The notes under the pieces were generated by a model, which made no database searches, was not told the origin of the DNA, and saw only the letters and a list, made by a program, of their open reading frames with translations. A DNA stretch of 64,000 nucleotides. It comes from an uncultured Verrucomicrobia subdivision 3 bacterium. Its GTDB lineage: Bacteria > Verrucomicrobiota > Verrucomicrobiia > Limisphaerales > UBA11358. The position numbers and the translations under genes were made by a program. The stretch covers positions 18,426 through 82,425 of the forward strand of contig CAIRJF010000014.1 of NCBI GenBank assembly GCA_903878805.1. The letters run 5' to 3'. Below are positions 52,948 to 61,708 of the stretch, one piece after another (position 1 is the first letter of the stretch; the number at the start of each line of letters is the position of its first letter).

Positions 52948-53112
52948 TCAAGCTGTTTCCTCGGCCATCCAATCGCCGAGTTGTAAGTATTCTCTTATTT
53001 TTCTGCGCTCGTGTCTGTTCTTGAGCGACTTTTTGGTGTGATGTTCCGTCTTACGGAACGGATGTTTCGGATTGCGAATCACTTCGCCGATTACTTCGAT
53101 GCTTTTCATCAT
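52948..53112 (-). CDS. Unannotated small basic protein (54 aa)
   Basis: MMKSIEVIGEVIRNPKHPFRKTEHHTKKSLKNRHERRKIREYLQLGDWMAEETA. AGGAAA lies 6 nt upstream of the ATG and a terminator hairpin follows directly. Below the ORF-track cutoff. Confidence 0.35.
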   Translation of the reverse strand: MMKSIEVIGEVIRNPKHPFRKTEHHTKKSLKNRHERRKIREYLQLGDWMAEETA

Positions 53113-53238
53113 AGTATTTCCTTTCATTTACCAACATCGAACTGACAGCGTAAACAATGCCAACTACCATCAGCTCGAAATCTGCCTTAAAACTTCAATT
53201 TATCAGACGTCACACCCTAAACATCTGTTCAAAAATTT

Positions 53239-54150
53239 TCAGACAAAACAAAAAGAGCCAGAACACCATTCATTTTCCACGCGTTTGGCGACTAATTTTA
53301 ATTTCAATTCTACAAACGCCCGCTCCACTTCGCCAAATTCTACCGCCAGAATTCCGGCCAGCACCAAAGTGCCGCTCGGCTTCAGCCGACTCACAATTCG
53401 CCGTTTCTCGGCAATCAGCAAGTTGGAAATCAGATTTGCGCAGACCAAATCATATTGCCGCACTGGTTTCAGCGGCAGTTTGGTCACATCGCCGCGCGTC
53501 AGCGTGAGTTTGGCGTCAACACGGTTCTTGCGCGCATTTTCCTTCGCCACGCGGACGGATTCAGGATCAAAATCAAACGCATGAACCGGTTGATAACCCA
53601 GCTTGGCGGCGGCAATCGCCAGAATTCCCGATCCCGTGCCGATATCCAAAATTGATTTTGCTTTGGTGGGGCGAGCGTTCGCGCGAGCCGCTCGCACAAT
53701 TTCATTCAAGCAAAACGAAGTCGTCGGATGCTGGCCAGTGCCGAAGCTCAAGCCGGGATCAAGAATGACCACCGCTTGATTTTTGCGCGACTTTTGTTTG
53801 CTCCAGCTCGGTTTGACCAGCAGCGATTCGCCAATTTCCATCGGGTGAAAATGGCGCTTCCAAGATTCCTTCCAGTCCTCGCGCTTCACCTTGGAGATTT
53901 CAATTTTGCCCGCGCCAATTTTAAGTCCGCAACTTTCAATCCGATTCAATCCGTTGGTAATTTCCGCGCCCATCTTTTTTGTATCTGGTTTTTCATCGCG
54001 GAAAATGCTGATCGTGCTGACGCCGGTTTCCAGATTGAAGTAGGACGCCGTTGCCGCCCCGAAAAGTTCGCCAAGCATTTCAGTCACGGCGTCCTCGGCT
54101 TCGAGCGAAGTCGTAACGGAAACGCACCAAAGTGGTTTGTTTGATTTCAT
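53239..54150 (-). CDS. prmA: Ribosomal protein L11 methyltransferase
   Basis: ILDPGLSFGTGQHPTT, ILDIGTGSGILAIAAAKLG, VCANLI motifs. Confidence 0.9.
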   Translation of the reverse strand: MKSNKPLWCVSVTTSLEAEDAVTEMLGELFGAATASYFNLETGVSTISIFRDEKPDTKKMGAEITNGLNRIESCGLKIGAGKIEISKVKREDWKESWKRHFHPMEIGESLLVKPSWSKQKSRKNQAVVILDPGLSFGTGQHPTTSFCLNEIVRAARANARPTKAKSILDIGTGSGILAIAAAKLGYQPVHAFDFDPESVRVAKENARKNRVDAKLTLTRGDVTKLPLKPVRQYDLVCANLISNLLIAEKRRIVSRLKPSGTLVLAGILAVEFGEVERAFVELKLKLVAKRVENEWCSGSFCFV

Positions 54151-54151
54151 A

Positions 54152-54826
54152 TTATCCGACCAGATCGCGCCATGGTGTGAAATTCAGCAGTTCAATTTCC
54201 GCCATGTGTGGATGCAACGCGACCTGCGTGATGCTGGCATATTCCACCTCAAAAGAATTCGTTTTCGGCAGCGGCAACTCCAGCAGAATTGCCAGCAACA
54301 TTCGAATCACGCCGCCGTGACAAAAAATGGCGACGTTTTCGCCCTTATGTTTATTGACGATTTCGCGTAGGCACGGCTCAATCCGCGCGCGGAAAGTTTT
54401 TCCACTTTCACCGTTTGGCGAGCCGGGATGTTCGATTTGGTCCAGCCATTCGTGAACAGCAAAATTGAATTTGTCACGCACCGCCGCCCAGTTCAGTCCG
54501 GTCCAGTCACCGAAATCAATCTCGCGCAGGTCGTGAAAAATCGTTTGCTTGTGACCTTGCGTCTTGAGTGTGGGCGCAAGCGTTTGCTGGACCCGTTTCA
54601 TCGGGCTGGCGTAAACGGCATCAATCGTTTTGACACGCAGATATTCAGCCAGAATTTTCGCCTGCTGTTTGCCGCGTGGCGAAAGATTCATGTCAATCCG
54701 CCCGCCGAAAACGCCGTGATAGCGTGCTTCGACTTCACCGTGACGAATCAGCAGCAGCCGTGTCGCGGGCGGCTGCGGAATTATTTTGCGCGGAGATTTT
54801 TTTGGAGCTTTCTTTTTTGTAGCCAT
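54152..54826 (-). CDS. Histidine phosphatase family protein (phosphoglycerate-mutase-like)
   Basis: LLLIRHGEV (RHG motif) and a later CHGGVIR. Confidence 0.8.
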   Translation of the reverse strand: MATKKKAPKKSPRKIIPQPPATRLLLIRHGEVEARYHGVFGGRIDMNLSPRGKQQAKILAEYLRVKTIDAVYASPMKRVQQTLAPTLKTQGHKQTIFHDLREIDFGDWTGLNWAAVRDKFNFAVHEWLDQIEHPGSPNGESGKTFRARIEPCLREIVNKHKGENVAIFCHGGVIRMLLAILLELPLPKTNSFEVEYASITQVALHPHMAEIELLNFTPWRDLVG

Positions 54827-54832
54827 GGAAAA

Positions 54833-55579
54833 TTAGCCTTGGGCAATGGCTGCTTGTTGTGCGGTGAGCAAATCTTTAATGCCGATTTTGCCGAGTGCGA
54901 GCAACTCGGCCAGTTGCGAGTCGGAGAAAGTTGCTTCTTCGCCGGAACCTTGCAGTTCAATGAATTCGCCGTTGGAATTCATGACTAGATTCATGTCCAC
55001 GCTCGCGACTACGTCTTCGGTGTAGCACAAATCCAGCAGCGGTTGTCCGGCGACGATCCCGACGCTTACCGCCGCGACACCTGCGAGAATTGGGCTGGAA
55101 GAAATTTTTTTCTCGGCGATAAGTTTTTTCACCGCGAGCGATAAAGCGACGAATGTGCCCGTGATTGCTGCGGTTCGTGTGCCGCCGTCGGCTTGCAAAA
55201 CATCGCAGTCCACGCAGATTGTGCGCGCACCGAGTTTCTCCAGATCAATCGCCGCGCGAATGGAGCGGCCGATGAGCCGCTGGATTTCCGACGAGCGGCC
55301 GTCGAGTTTGCCTTTGGAAATGTCGCGCGGTTTGCGGGTCAAAGTGGAGTAGGGGAGCATTGAGTATTCGGCGGTGATCCAGCCGCCCTCGACTTTTTGT
55401 TCCTTCATCCAGCGCGGGACGGATTCCTCGATGGTCACGCCGCAGATGACGCGGGTGTTGCCCCATTCGATGAGCGTGGAACCGGCGGCGTAAGGCGCGA
55501 TGTGGTTTTGAAAACGCAGCGGGCGGATTTGATTGGCGTTGCGCCCGTCGGCGCGGATGGAGTCAGACATGGGCAACAC
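54833..55579 (-). CDS. rph: Ribonuclease PH
   Basis: RADGRNANQIRP, GWITAEYSMLP, CDVLQADGGTRTAAITG. Confidence 0.92.
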   Translation of the reverse strand: MLPMSDSIRADGRNANQIRPLRFQNHIAPYAAGSTLIEWGNTRVICGVTIEESVPRWMKEQKVEGGWITAEYSMLPYSTLTRKPRDISKGKLDGRSSEIQRLIGRSIRAAIDLEKLGARTICVDCDVLQADGGTRTAAITGTFVALSLAVKKLIAEKKISSSPILAGVAAVSVGIVAGQPLLDLCYTEDVVASVDMNLVMNSNGEFIELQGSGEEATFSDSQLAELLALGKIGIKDLLTAQQAAIAQG

Positions 55580-55634
55580 TCTATCGCGCCAGAATACTTG
55601 AACGCAACGCGGAAACTTTTTTCACCTCAAAAAA

Positions 55635-58397
55635 TTACGGCGTGGACAGTCGATAGAAGCGCGTTGGTAAGGTCGCGGCGTCCGGGTCGGTCGCCTGCCA
55701 TTGGCCGCTGGCGTCGGCGGTGTTGGTGGAAATATTCGTCCACGATTTCAGGTCGGCGCTGGCTTGGAGAATGTAATTCGCCCCGGCCGTGCCGCTGGCA
55801 TTCAGCGTGATGCCGCCAGCGGAATTACGGCTGACGTTAGTGATGAACGGCGGCAACGATAGTGTGGTTAAACTGGTTTGCGTCCGCAAATTATCATTGC
55901 CACCGCCGTTGCCTCCGCTCGTCACGGTCAAAGTGGCTTTGGCACTAGTCGCGCTGCCGGCAAAATTGGCGACGACGGCGTAGTAAGTTGCCATATCGGT
56001 GGCCTTGGCGTTGGCGATGGTGAAAACAAAATTCGTCGCGCCGGAAATTACTTTGGTATTTTTATACCATTGGCAGCGCAGCGGAGCCGTGCCGGTGGCG
56101 CTCGTGCCGAAGCTCACGCGTCGACCGCTGCGCACCGTCTGGCTTACCGGCGATGCGGTGATGACGGGCGGCACAAAAACGGTCAGCGCGGTTGGCGGGC
56201 TGGTCGCGCGGCCCACGGGATTGCTGACCAAGACATTGTAAACGGCAGTTTCGTTGGTCGTGAGCGAGGTGATTTTGAGGACGTTGGTGGTCGCGCCAGA
56301 AACATTTCCGCCGTCCACCAGCGCGACGCCGTTTTTGAACCATTGGTAGCGCAACGGCGCGCTGCCGGTCGGGCTGATGGTAAGCACAGCATTTGTTCCT
56401 GAGCGCGCTAAACCGCCCGACTGCGGTATGGTGATGCGCGGAGCCGCCGCGATGCTCGGCGGAGTCAAAACTGATAATTTCGCCGCCACGCTGGTGACGC
56501 TACCGTAAACATTTTTTACAATGACAGAATAATTAGCGCTGTTTTTCGCCGTGGTTTTCAACAGCGTCAGCGAACTGCTGGTCGCGCCGGAAACGGTGGC
56601 GCTGTTCGCGAGCTTCGCGCCATTTTTCAACCATTGATATGTCAACGGATTGCTGCCAGTGGCAGCGACGCTGAAAACGGCGTTGCTGCCCACGGCCACA
56701 AACTGATTGGCGGGCGGGACGGTGATGATGGGAGCGACATTGACGGAAATGGTCGCGTTAGTGCTGGTGATACTGCCAACCACATTACTCACCACGACGA
56801 AGTAAGTTGCGACTTCATTCGTTGTGAGTGCAGCGATGGTTAAAACATTTGAGGACGAACCGGAAACGTTCCCGCCATCCGCCAACGCCACGCCAGACTG
56901 GAACCATTGATAACTTAACGGGCCGGTTCCGCTCGCATTGACCGAAAGTTTAATGGTGCTGCCGAGCGCGCCAAACTGGCTGGCCGGTTGGGTGGCGATG
57001 CTGGGCGGAGTTTGCACGGTCAATGTGGCGGTTCCGCTCGTCGCGTTCCCGGCGGCATTGGCCACGGTGACAGAATAATTTGCTGCGTCAGTTGTGGCAG
57101 CACTGGCGAACGTGAGTGTGGCACTCGTCGCGCCGGAAATGTTCACGCCATTTTTCAACCATTGATACGTCAGTGGCGCGGTGCCGCTCGCAATGACGGT
57201 GAAGGCAGCAGAATTTCCCTGCGTGACAGTCGCGCTGGCTGGTGCGGTGATAATGGTCGGCGGCACCAACACCGTCAGCGTCGCGGAGGAACTCGCGATG
57301 GAGCCAACGATGTTGGTGACCAGGACAGAATAGCTCGCCGCGTCATTCGTCGTGACGGCGGTCAGAGTGAGAACATTCGAAGTCGCACCGGAAATGGGTG
57401 AACCATTTTTCAGCCATTGATATGTCAGTGGCGCAGTGCCGCTGGCGGTGACGGTGAAAGCAACATTGCTGCTTTGCGCGACAATTACGTTTGCCGGTTG
57501 CGACGTGATTGCGGGCGGCGTCAACACGGTCAGCGTGGCGGTGCTGCTGGTGACGCTGCTGGCGGTATTACCGACGACGACCGAGTAATTCGCTGCATCC
57601 GTCGTGGAAATATTGACGATTGTGAGCGTTGCGCTCGTCGCTCCGGAAATGTTAACTCCATTTTTCAGCCACTGATAAGTCAGCGTTCCGCTACCGCTGG
57701 CGGTGATAGTGATGGAAACATTGCTCCCGGCAACCGCCGTGACGCTGGCTGGCTGGGTGACAATGGTCGGCGGCACCAGCACGGTCAGCGTCGCGGAGGA
57801 ACTCGCGATGAAGCCGACAATGTTGGTGACCAGGACAGAATAGCTTGCCGCGTCATTCGTCGTGACGGCGGTCAGCGTAAGAACATTCGAGGTCGCACCG
57901 GAAATGGGCGCGCTATTTTTCAGCCATTGATAAGTCAGTGGCGCGGTGCCGCTGGCCGTGACGGTAAAAGAAACATTGCTGCCTTGCGCAACAGTTGTGT
58001 TTGTCGGTTGCGATGTGATGGCGGGCGGAGCCAACACCGTCAACGTGGCGGCAGCGCTGGTGGTGCTGCCAACGGCGTTGGTGACAGTTACCGAATAATT
58101 CGCCGCGTCCGCTATCGTCACATTGGCGAGGGCGAGCGTGGCGGAAGTTGCGCCGGAAATCTTAACATTATTTTTCAACCATTGATAAGTGAGCGGAGCC
58201 GTGCCGCTGGCGGTGACGCTGAAAGTAACATTGCTGCCGGCGAGAATGGTTGCGCCGACCGGCAACGCCGTGATGGCCGGCGGGATAGCCACGGTCAACG
58301 TGGCAGCTGGGCTGATGACACCTCCGAGACAAGGACATTCTGGGCTTGATGGCGCAGGCGGAAAATGCTGAAGGTAATTATCCGGCTGGAACCACAT
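55635..58397 (-). CDS. Ig-like (I-set type) repeat protein, 9 tandem ~85-aa domains + C-terminal FYRL domain; apparently 5'-truncated (possible pseudogene)
   Basis: Nine units of ...GSNV.FTVTASGTAPLTYQWLKNG..ISGATS..LT...V...DAA.YSV.V.N..GS..S..ATLTV. The N-terminus MWFQPDNYLQHFPPAPSSPECPCLGGVISPAATLTV lacks a signal peptide and enters the repeat mid-domain. Confidence 0.7.
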   Translation of the reverse strand: MWFQPDNYLQHFPPAPSSPECPCLGGVISPAATLTVAIPPAITALPVGATILAGSNVTFSVTASGTAPLTYQWLKNNVKISGATSATLALANVTIADAANYSVTVTNAVGSTTSAAATLTVLAPPAITSQPTNTTVAQGSNVSFTVTASGTAPLTYQWLKNSAPISGATSNVLTLTAVTTNDAASYSVLVTNIVGFIASSSATLTVLVPPTIVTQPASVTAVAGSNVSITITASGSGTLTYQWLKNGVNISGATSATLTIVNISTTDAANYSVVVGNTASSVTSSTATLTVLTPPAITSQPANVIVAQSSNVAFTVTASGTAPLTYQWLKNGSPISGATSNVLTLTAVTTNDAASYSVLVTNIVGSIASSSATLTVLVPPTIITAPASATVTQGNSAAFTVIASGTAPLTYQWLKNGVNISGATSATLTFASAATTDAANYSVTVANAAGNATSGTATLTVQTPPSIATQPASQFGALGSTIKLSVNASGTGPLSYQWFQSGVALADGGNVSGSSSNVLTIAALTTNEVATYFVVVSNVVGSITSTNATISVNVAPIITVPPANQFVAVGSNAVFSVAATGSNPLTYQWLKNGAKLANSATVSGATSSSLTLLKTTAKNSANYSVIVKNVYGSVTSVAAKLSVLTPPSIAAAPRITIPQSGGLARSGTNAVLTISPTGSAPLRYQWFKNGVALVDGGNVSGATTNVLKITSLTTNETAVYNVLVSNPVGRATSPPTALTVFVPPVITASPVSQTVRSGRRVSFGTSATGTAPLRCQWYKNTKVISGATNFVFTIANAKATDMATYYAVVANFAGSATSAKATLTVTSGGNGGGNDNLRTQTSLTTLSLPPFITNVSRNSAGGITLNASGTAGANYILQASADLKSWTNISTNTADASGQWQATDPDAATLPTRFYRLSTP

Positions 58398-58831
58398 TCC
58401 CCACCGGCGCGAAATTGGTGGTGGTGACCGGCGATAATCCGCTTTTTCAAGTGTTGGATGCGAACAACAATCTGCTGGTGGATGTGTCGGACATTCTCTC
58501 TTCCGCCGATGGCACTTTTGGCAATGACATTTATAGCGGCAAACAGAGCGATCTCACCGGTGTGGCCGCAACCGCCACAACGGATCTGCACATTTTGACG
58601 GTCAAATATGATGATACAGGCATAGGCGGGAGTGTCGGCGTTAAATTTTATATGACCGGTTTGATGACGACCAAAGTCACCGAAACCGTGGCGGTTGCGG
58701 GAGTTTATACCCGCACTGAGTCCGTCAAGCTCGCCAGCGGAACCGGCGAAGGCAGCTATCAAGGTCAGGACTTCGTTCTCACGGGAACTTTGAGCGCGAG
58801 TGGCAAAGGCACTTTAATTTTGCCGCCGTAA
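58346..58831 (+). CDS. Hypothetical protein fragment (161 aa), no signal peptide, frame open upstream of its first start
   Basis: TTG/ATG start at 58346/58349. The frame is open back to a stop at 58316-58318. Overlaps the Ig-repeat gene 5'-to-5' by 52 nt. Confidence 0.4.
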   Translation: MMAQAENAEGNYPAGTTFPTGAKLVVVTGDNPLFQVLDANNNLLVDVSDILSSADGTFGNDIYSGKQSDLTGVAATATTDLHILTVKYDDTGIGGSVGVKFYMTGLMTTKVTETVAVAGVYTRTESVKLASGTGEGSYQGQDFVLTGTLSASGKGTLILPP

Positions 58832-58919
58832 GATTTTTCACCAAAGTTGAAATTCAGGTTGGTTCGACATAATTGAAAAGTGTCGAACCAATTTTTTAGC
58901 GCCAAGATTCCTTGATGAA

Positions 58920-59429
58920 ATGAGACCCAAAGTTGTTTTTTTAATTTTGCTGATTGCCTGCGGCATTGTGGGCATGGCCGTTTATCTTTCCAACGCGCCG
59001 CGAGTGGAGCCGGATGCCGCCGCGCCGCAAACGGTCACAAATCCTTTGCCGGTGAAAATGCCGGTCGCCGTAGCCTTTATTCCGCCGCCGCCCGTGACGA
59101 ATGCGTCGTCCATCGCACCCAACACGAACACCGCCGTTTATGTGCAGGAACGCAACGCCGAATTGATGGCGCTGGCGATGAACAATGACGCTGCGTCCTT
59201 CAACACCATCTGGTCGGAGCTATCCAACCCGGACAAGGAAATCCGAGCGGGCGCGCTCGCGGCGGTGGTGCAGTTCGGCGACCGCTCGGTCGCGCCGCGC
59301 CTGCGCGACCTCGCCGCAAAAACCGGTGATGCCGAGGAAAAAGTCGCCATCCTTGATGCCGCAAATTTTCTGGAATTGCCGCCACTCACGCAGTTGCACA
59401 ACCCGCCGCCCACGAACGCGCCGCAATAA
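58920..59429 (+). CDS. Hypothetical membrane-anchored protein with HEAT-like helical repeats
   Basis: N-terminal TM (VVFLILLIACGIVGMAVYL). C-terminal DKEIRAGALAAVVQFGDRSVAPRLRDLA is HEAT-like. Confidence 0.55.
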   Translation: MRPKVVFLILLIACGIVGMAVYLSNAPRVEPDAAAPQTVTNPLPVKMPVAVAFIPPPPVTNASSIAPNTNTAVYVQERNAELMALAMNNDAASFNTIWSELSNPDKEIRAGALAAVVQFGDRSVAPRLRDLAAKTGDAEEKVAILDAANFLELPPLTQLHNPPPTNAPQ

Positions 59430-59456
59430 TCTCGCCGCCGCTCACGGCTTGCCGCG

Positions 59457-60392
59457 TCACTTTTTCCCAATTTCCAGACCGGCGAAAAGATTTTCCAGAT
59501 TGTTCAAACCTGCTTCGTGCTTCACATTGAGCATCTGCCGCAAAAAATCCACGCCTTCCTCAACCGTGCGGACGGATTTCGGCAGCAGTGCGCCCGCCGC
59601 ATTCGCATGGCCGCCGCCCTGAAATTTTTCCGCGATTCGGCGCGCCTCGCCGTTGCGGCTGCGGAAGCTGGCGAAGATGACATTCTGCCGCCGGAACAAA
59701 GTCACCAGCACCGTGTATTTGGTCGCACCGCGTTCGAGCAGTTGATGCACGATGGAATTGGTGTTGCCCACGATGTTGTCCACGAAGCCGACCGTCGGCG
59801 AGATTTCAGAAATGTTTTTTTTGCTCCACTCAAAACCGATCGGGTCTTCCACGCGCCGTTTCACCGCCATGACTTCGAGCAGCGGATGGTTGAGCAATTT
59901 TTCCAGTTCGCCGCCGATGAGTCCGTGCAAATTCCAGAACTGATAAATCTTCACCAGCCCCGCATAGTCACCGGCGACCTCAAAATCCGGGTCGTTCTCC
60001 AAAAATAAATCCGCCACGTTGTTCAGGTGCACCAGCCGGTCGAGCGCGGGTGAGCCGAGGCCGTTTTGCTGGCACAATTCGTAGGCGAGCAGGCCGGCGG
60101 ATTTTTTTATGTCGTGATGCAGATGCGCGTTTTTGGGCGCGACTTCGGTGACATGATGATCCACGACGAGCCAATCCTGTTTGTCCATGCGCGTTTCAAA
60201 CGTAAAATCCGTCACCCACGCCGAACGTTCGCGCAAGTCGCGCTGCTTCCAGAAATTATAGTGATACGCCTGCAAGGGAATTTTCTCGCCGTAGATTTTG
60301 TGCGCGAGCCGCTGGAGCAGCAGCCCGGCAACGAAACCATCGAGGTCGCTCTCGTGGGTGATAATGACTTCCGGCTTTGGCAGCGTCAGCAT
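59457..60392 (-). CDS. DHH-family phosphoesterase (NrnA-like)
   Basis: THESDLDGF, VVDHHV and GGGHANAAG (DHHA1) motifs. Confidence 0.8.
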   Translation of the reverse strand: MLTLPKPEVIITHESDLDGFVAGLLLQRLAHKIYGEKIPLQAYHYNFWKQRDLRERSAWVTDFTFETRMDKQDWLVVDHHVTEVAPKNAHLHHDIKKSAGLLAYELCQQNGLGSPALDRLVHLNNVADLFLENDPDFEVAGDYAGLVKIYQFWNLHGLIGGELEKLLNHPLLEVMAVKRRVEDPIGFEWSKKNISEISPTVGFVDNIVGNTNSIVHQLLERGATKYTVLVTLFRRQNVIFASFRSRNGEARRIAEKFQGGGHANAAGALLPKSVRTVEEGVDFLRQMLNVKHEAGLNNLENLFAGLEIGKK

Positions 60393-60551
60393 GGCGGAAA
60401 TTTAATTCACCGGCGCGCGTGTGGCGAGCGGTGAATTTGGCGGAAAATTCTTTTGAAATCCGGCGCACTTGGGTTCAAGCTCTCGGCACGGCACAATTTT
60501 CAAACGAATTGTTGCTGCAAAAAATTCATGTCCAATCCTGTGCCAACCATT

Positions 60552-61496
60552 TCATCCGACCCGCTCGCCCGGCTCATCCAGCAAAATCAATTCGTCGGCT
60601 GGCTCGGCGCGGCGGATTTCACGCGCGCGCTGGTGTTGACGAGCGATGTCTGGAAGGCGGTGAATTGTAATTTTGACCGAGACATTGTTCGATGTGTAAG
60701 CCGCGCTGGGCGGCGCGGTGTATTTCAACGAGAGCGTGCCTGCGACCGCACCGGTTTTTCTGTAGGTGAACAAGCCCACGCCGGTTTCCTCGCTGAAAGT
60801 TCCGTTGCGAAATGTGAACGCCAGCACCGAGCTGTCCGGCTTGGTGACTGTCATCGTCATTCCGTTCAATGATGTTGGCGCGGCAGAATAAGTCATTTTC
60901 AGCAGATTCGTCTTCGAGCAGTTGCCGCTGCGATCCACGGCATACGCACGCAAAGTGTTCGTATTTGGAATCAGCGTCAGATTTACCCACCAGTTGCTCC
61001 AGGCATTGCCTGTGGAAACCGGCTGCCAGGCGTCGCCGTTCAAGCTGTAAAACACATTCGTGACCACATCATTGTCACGCGCCGTGCCGGTGACATAAAC
61101 CGCCGAGTTCGTCAACGCCGTGCTGTTCGGCGGTGTCTGAATCGTCAAGGACGGCTTTTGTGTGTCGGCAAAATACGCCGTGAATGAAACGCCGTTGGTG
61201 AACGTGAGTTTTGATTTGCTGTTGGTATGGCTGCCGTCCGCGTCGGTGAAAGCCCAGCCCGTGAAGGTGAAACCTGACTTTGGTTTCGCAGTCATGTTGT
61301 AGGCTTTGCCATTGGTCAAGGTCTGGCCATTGTAATTCGGGCTGACCGAACCGTAGTTCGCGAACGGCACGATTTGCACCATGACCGGCACCGAAACCGG
61401 CACGCCAAAACTCACGCTGGCAGCGAGCAAAAATACAAAGAAAACTGCGGCAAATTTTGCAGCAAGGCGGGCGCGCGACAAATTCATAATCATCAA
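60552..61496 (-). CDS. Secreted hypothetical beta-rich protein; C-terminus uncertain
   Basis: Signal peptide (LAAKFAAVFFVFLLAASVSFG) and repeated beta-sandwich-like segments. The last ~35 aa (HRLPDIARQHQRAREIRR...) look out of character. Confidence 0.6.
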   Translation of the reverse strand: MMIMNLSRARLAAKFAAVFFVFLLAASVSFGVPVSVPVMVQIVPFANYGSVSPNYNGQTLTNGKAYNMTAKPKSGFTFTGWAFTDADGSHTNSKSKLTFTNGVSFTAYFADTQKPSLTIQTPPNSTALTNSAVYVTGTARDNDVVTNVFYSLNGDAWQPVSTGNAWSNWWVNLTLIPNTNTLRAYAVDRSGNCSKTNLLKMTYSAAPTSLNGMTMTVTKPDSSVLAFTFRNGTFSEETGVGLFTYRKTGAVAGTLSLKYTAPPSAAYTSNNVSVKITIHRLPDIARQHQRAREIRRAEPADELILLDEPGERVG

Positions 61497-61708
61497 TTCA
61501 ACACCAGATGTTTGAAAAGGATGCGCGATTATACCGTGAAGTCAATTGCCCTGCGTCGCGACATCCATTTCTTAGCTCATTTCGAGTTGCGGTCGCGCAG
61601 CAAGGCGTTCGCCCTGAAAAATCTCTTTGAAATCAAGCCCGCGCACCGCCACAATCAGCGTTCGCTAAAATTCTGCATTCGGAATTCTGGCTCCTGAATT
61701 CTCAAAAA

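Noticed and set aside
60552-60700. Possible frameshift at the 3' end of the secreted protein gene. An alternate frame gives FTAFQTSLVNTSARVKSAAPSQPTN*. The overlapping plus ORF 60453-60872 has an N-terminus with a thioesterase-like look.
   Set aside because: The evidence is only compositional (higher GC3 in the alternate frame). No homology anchor is available by eye. I left it as an uncertain C-terminus rather than a pseudogene call.
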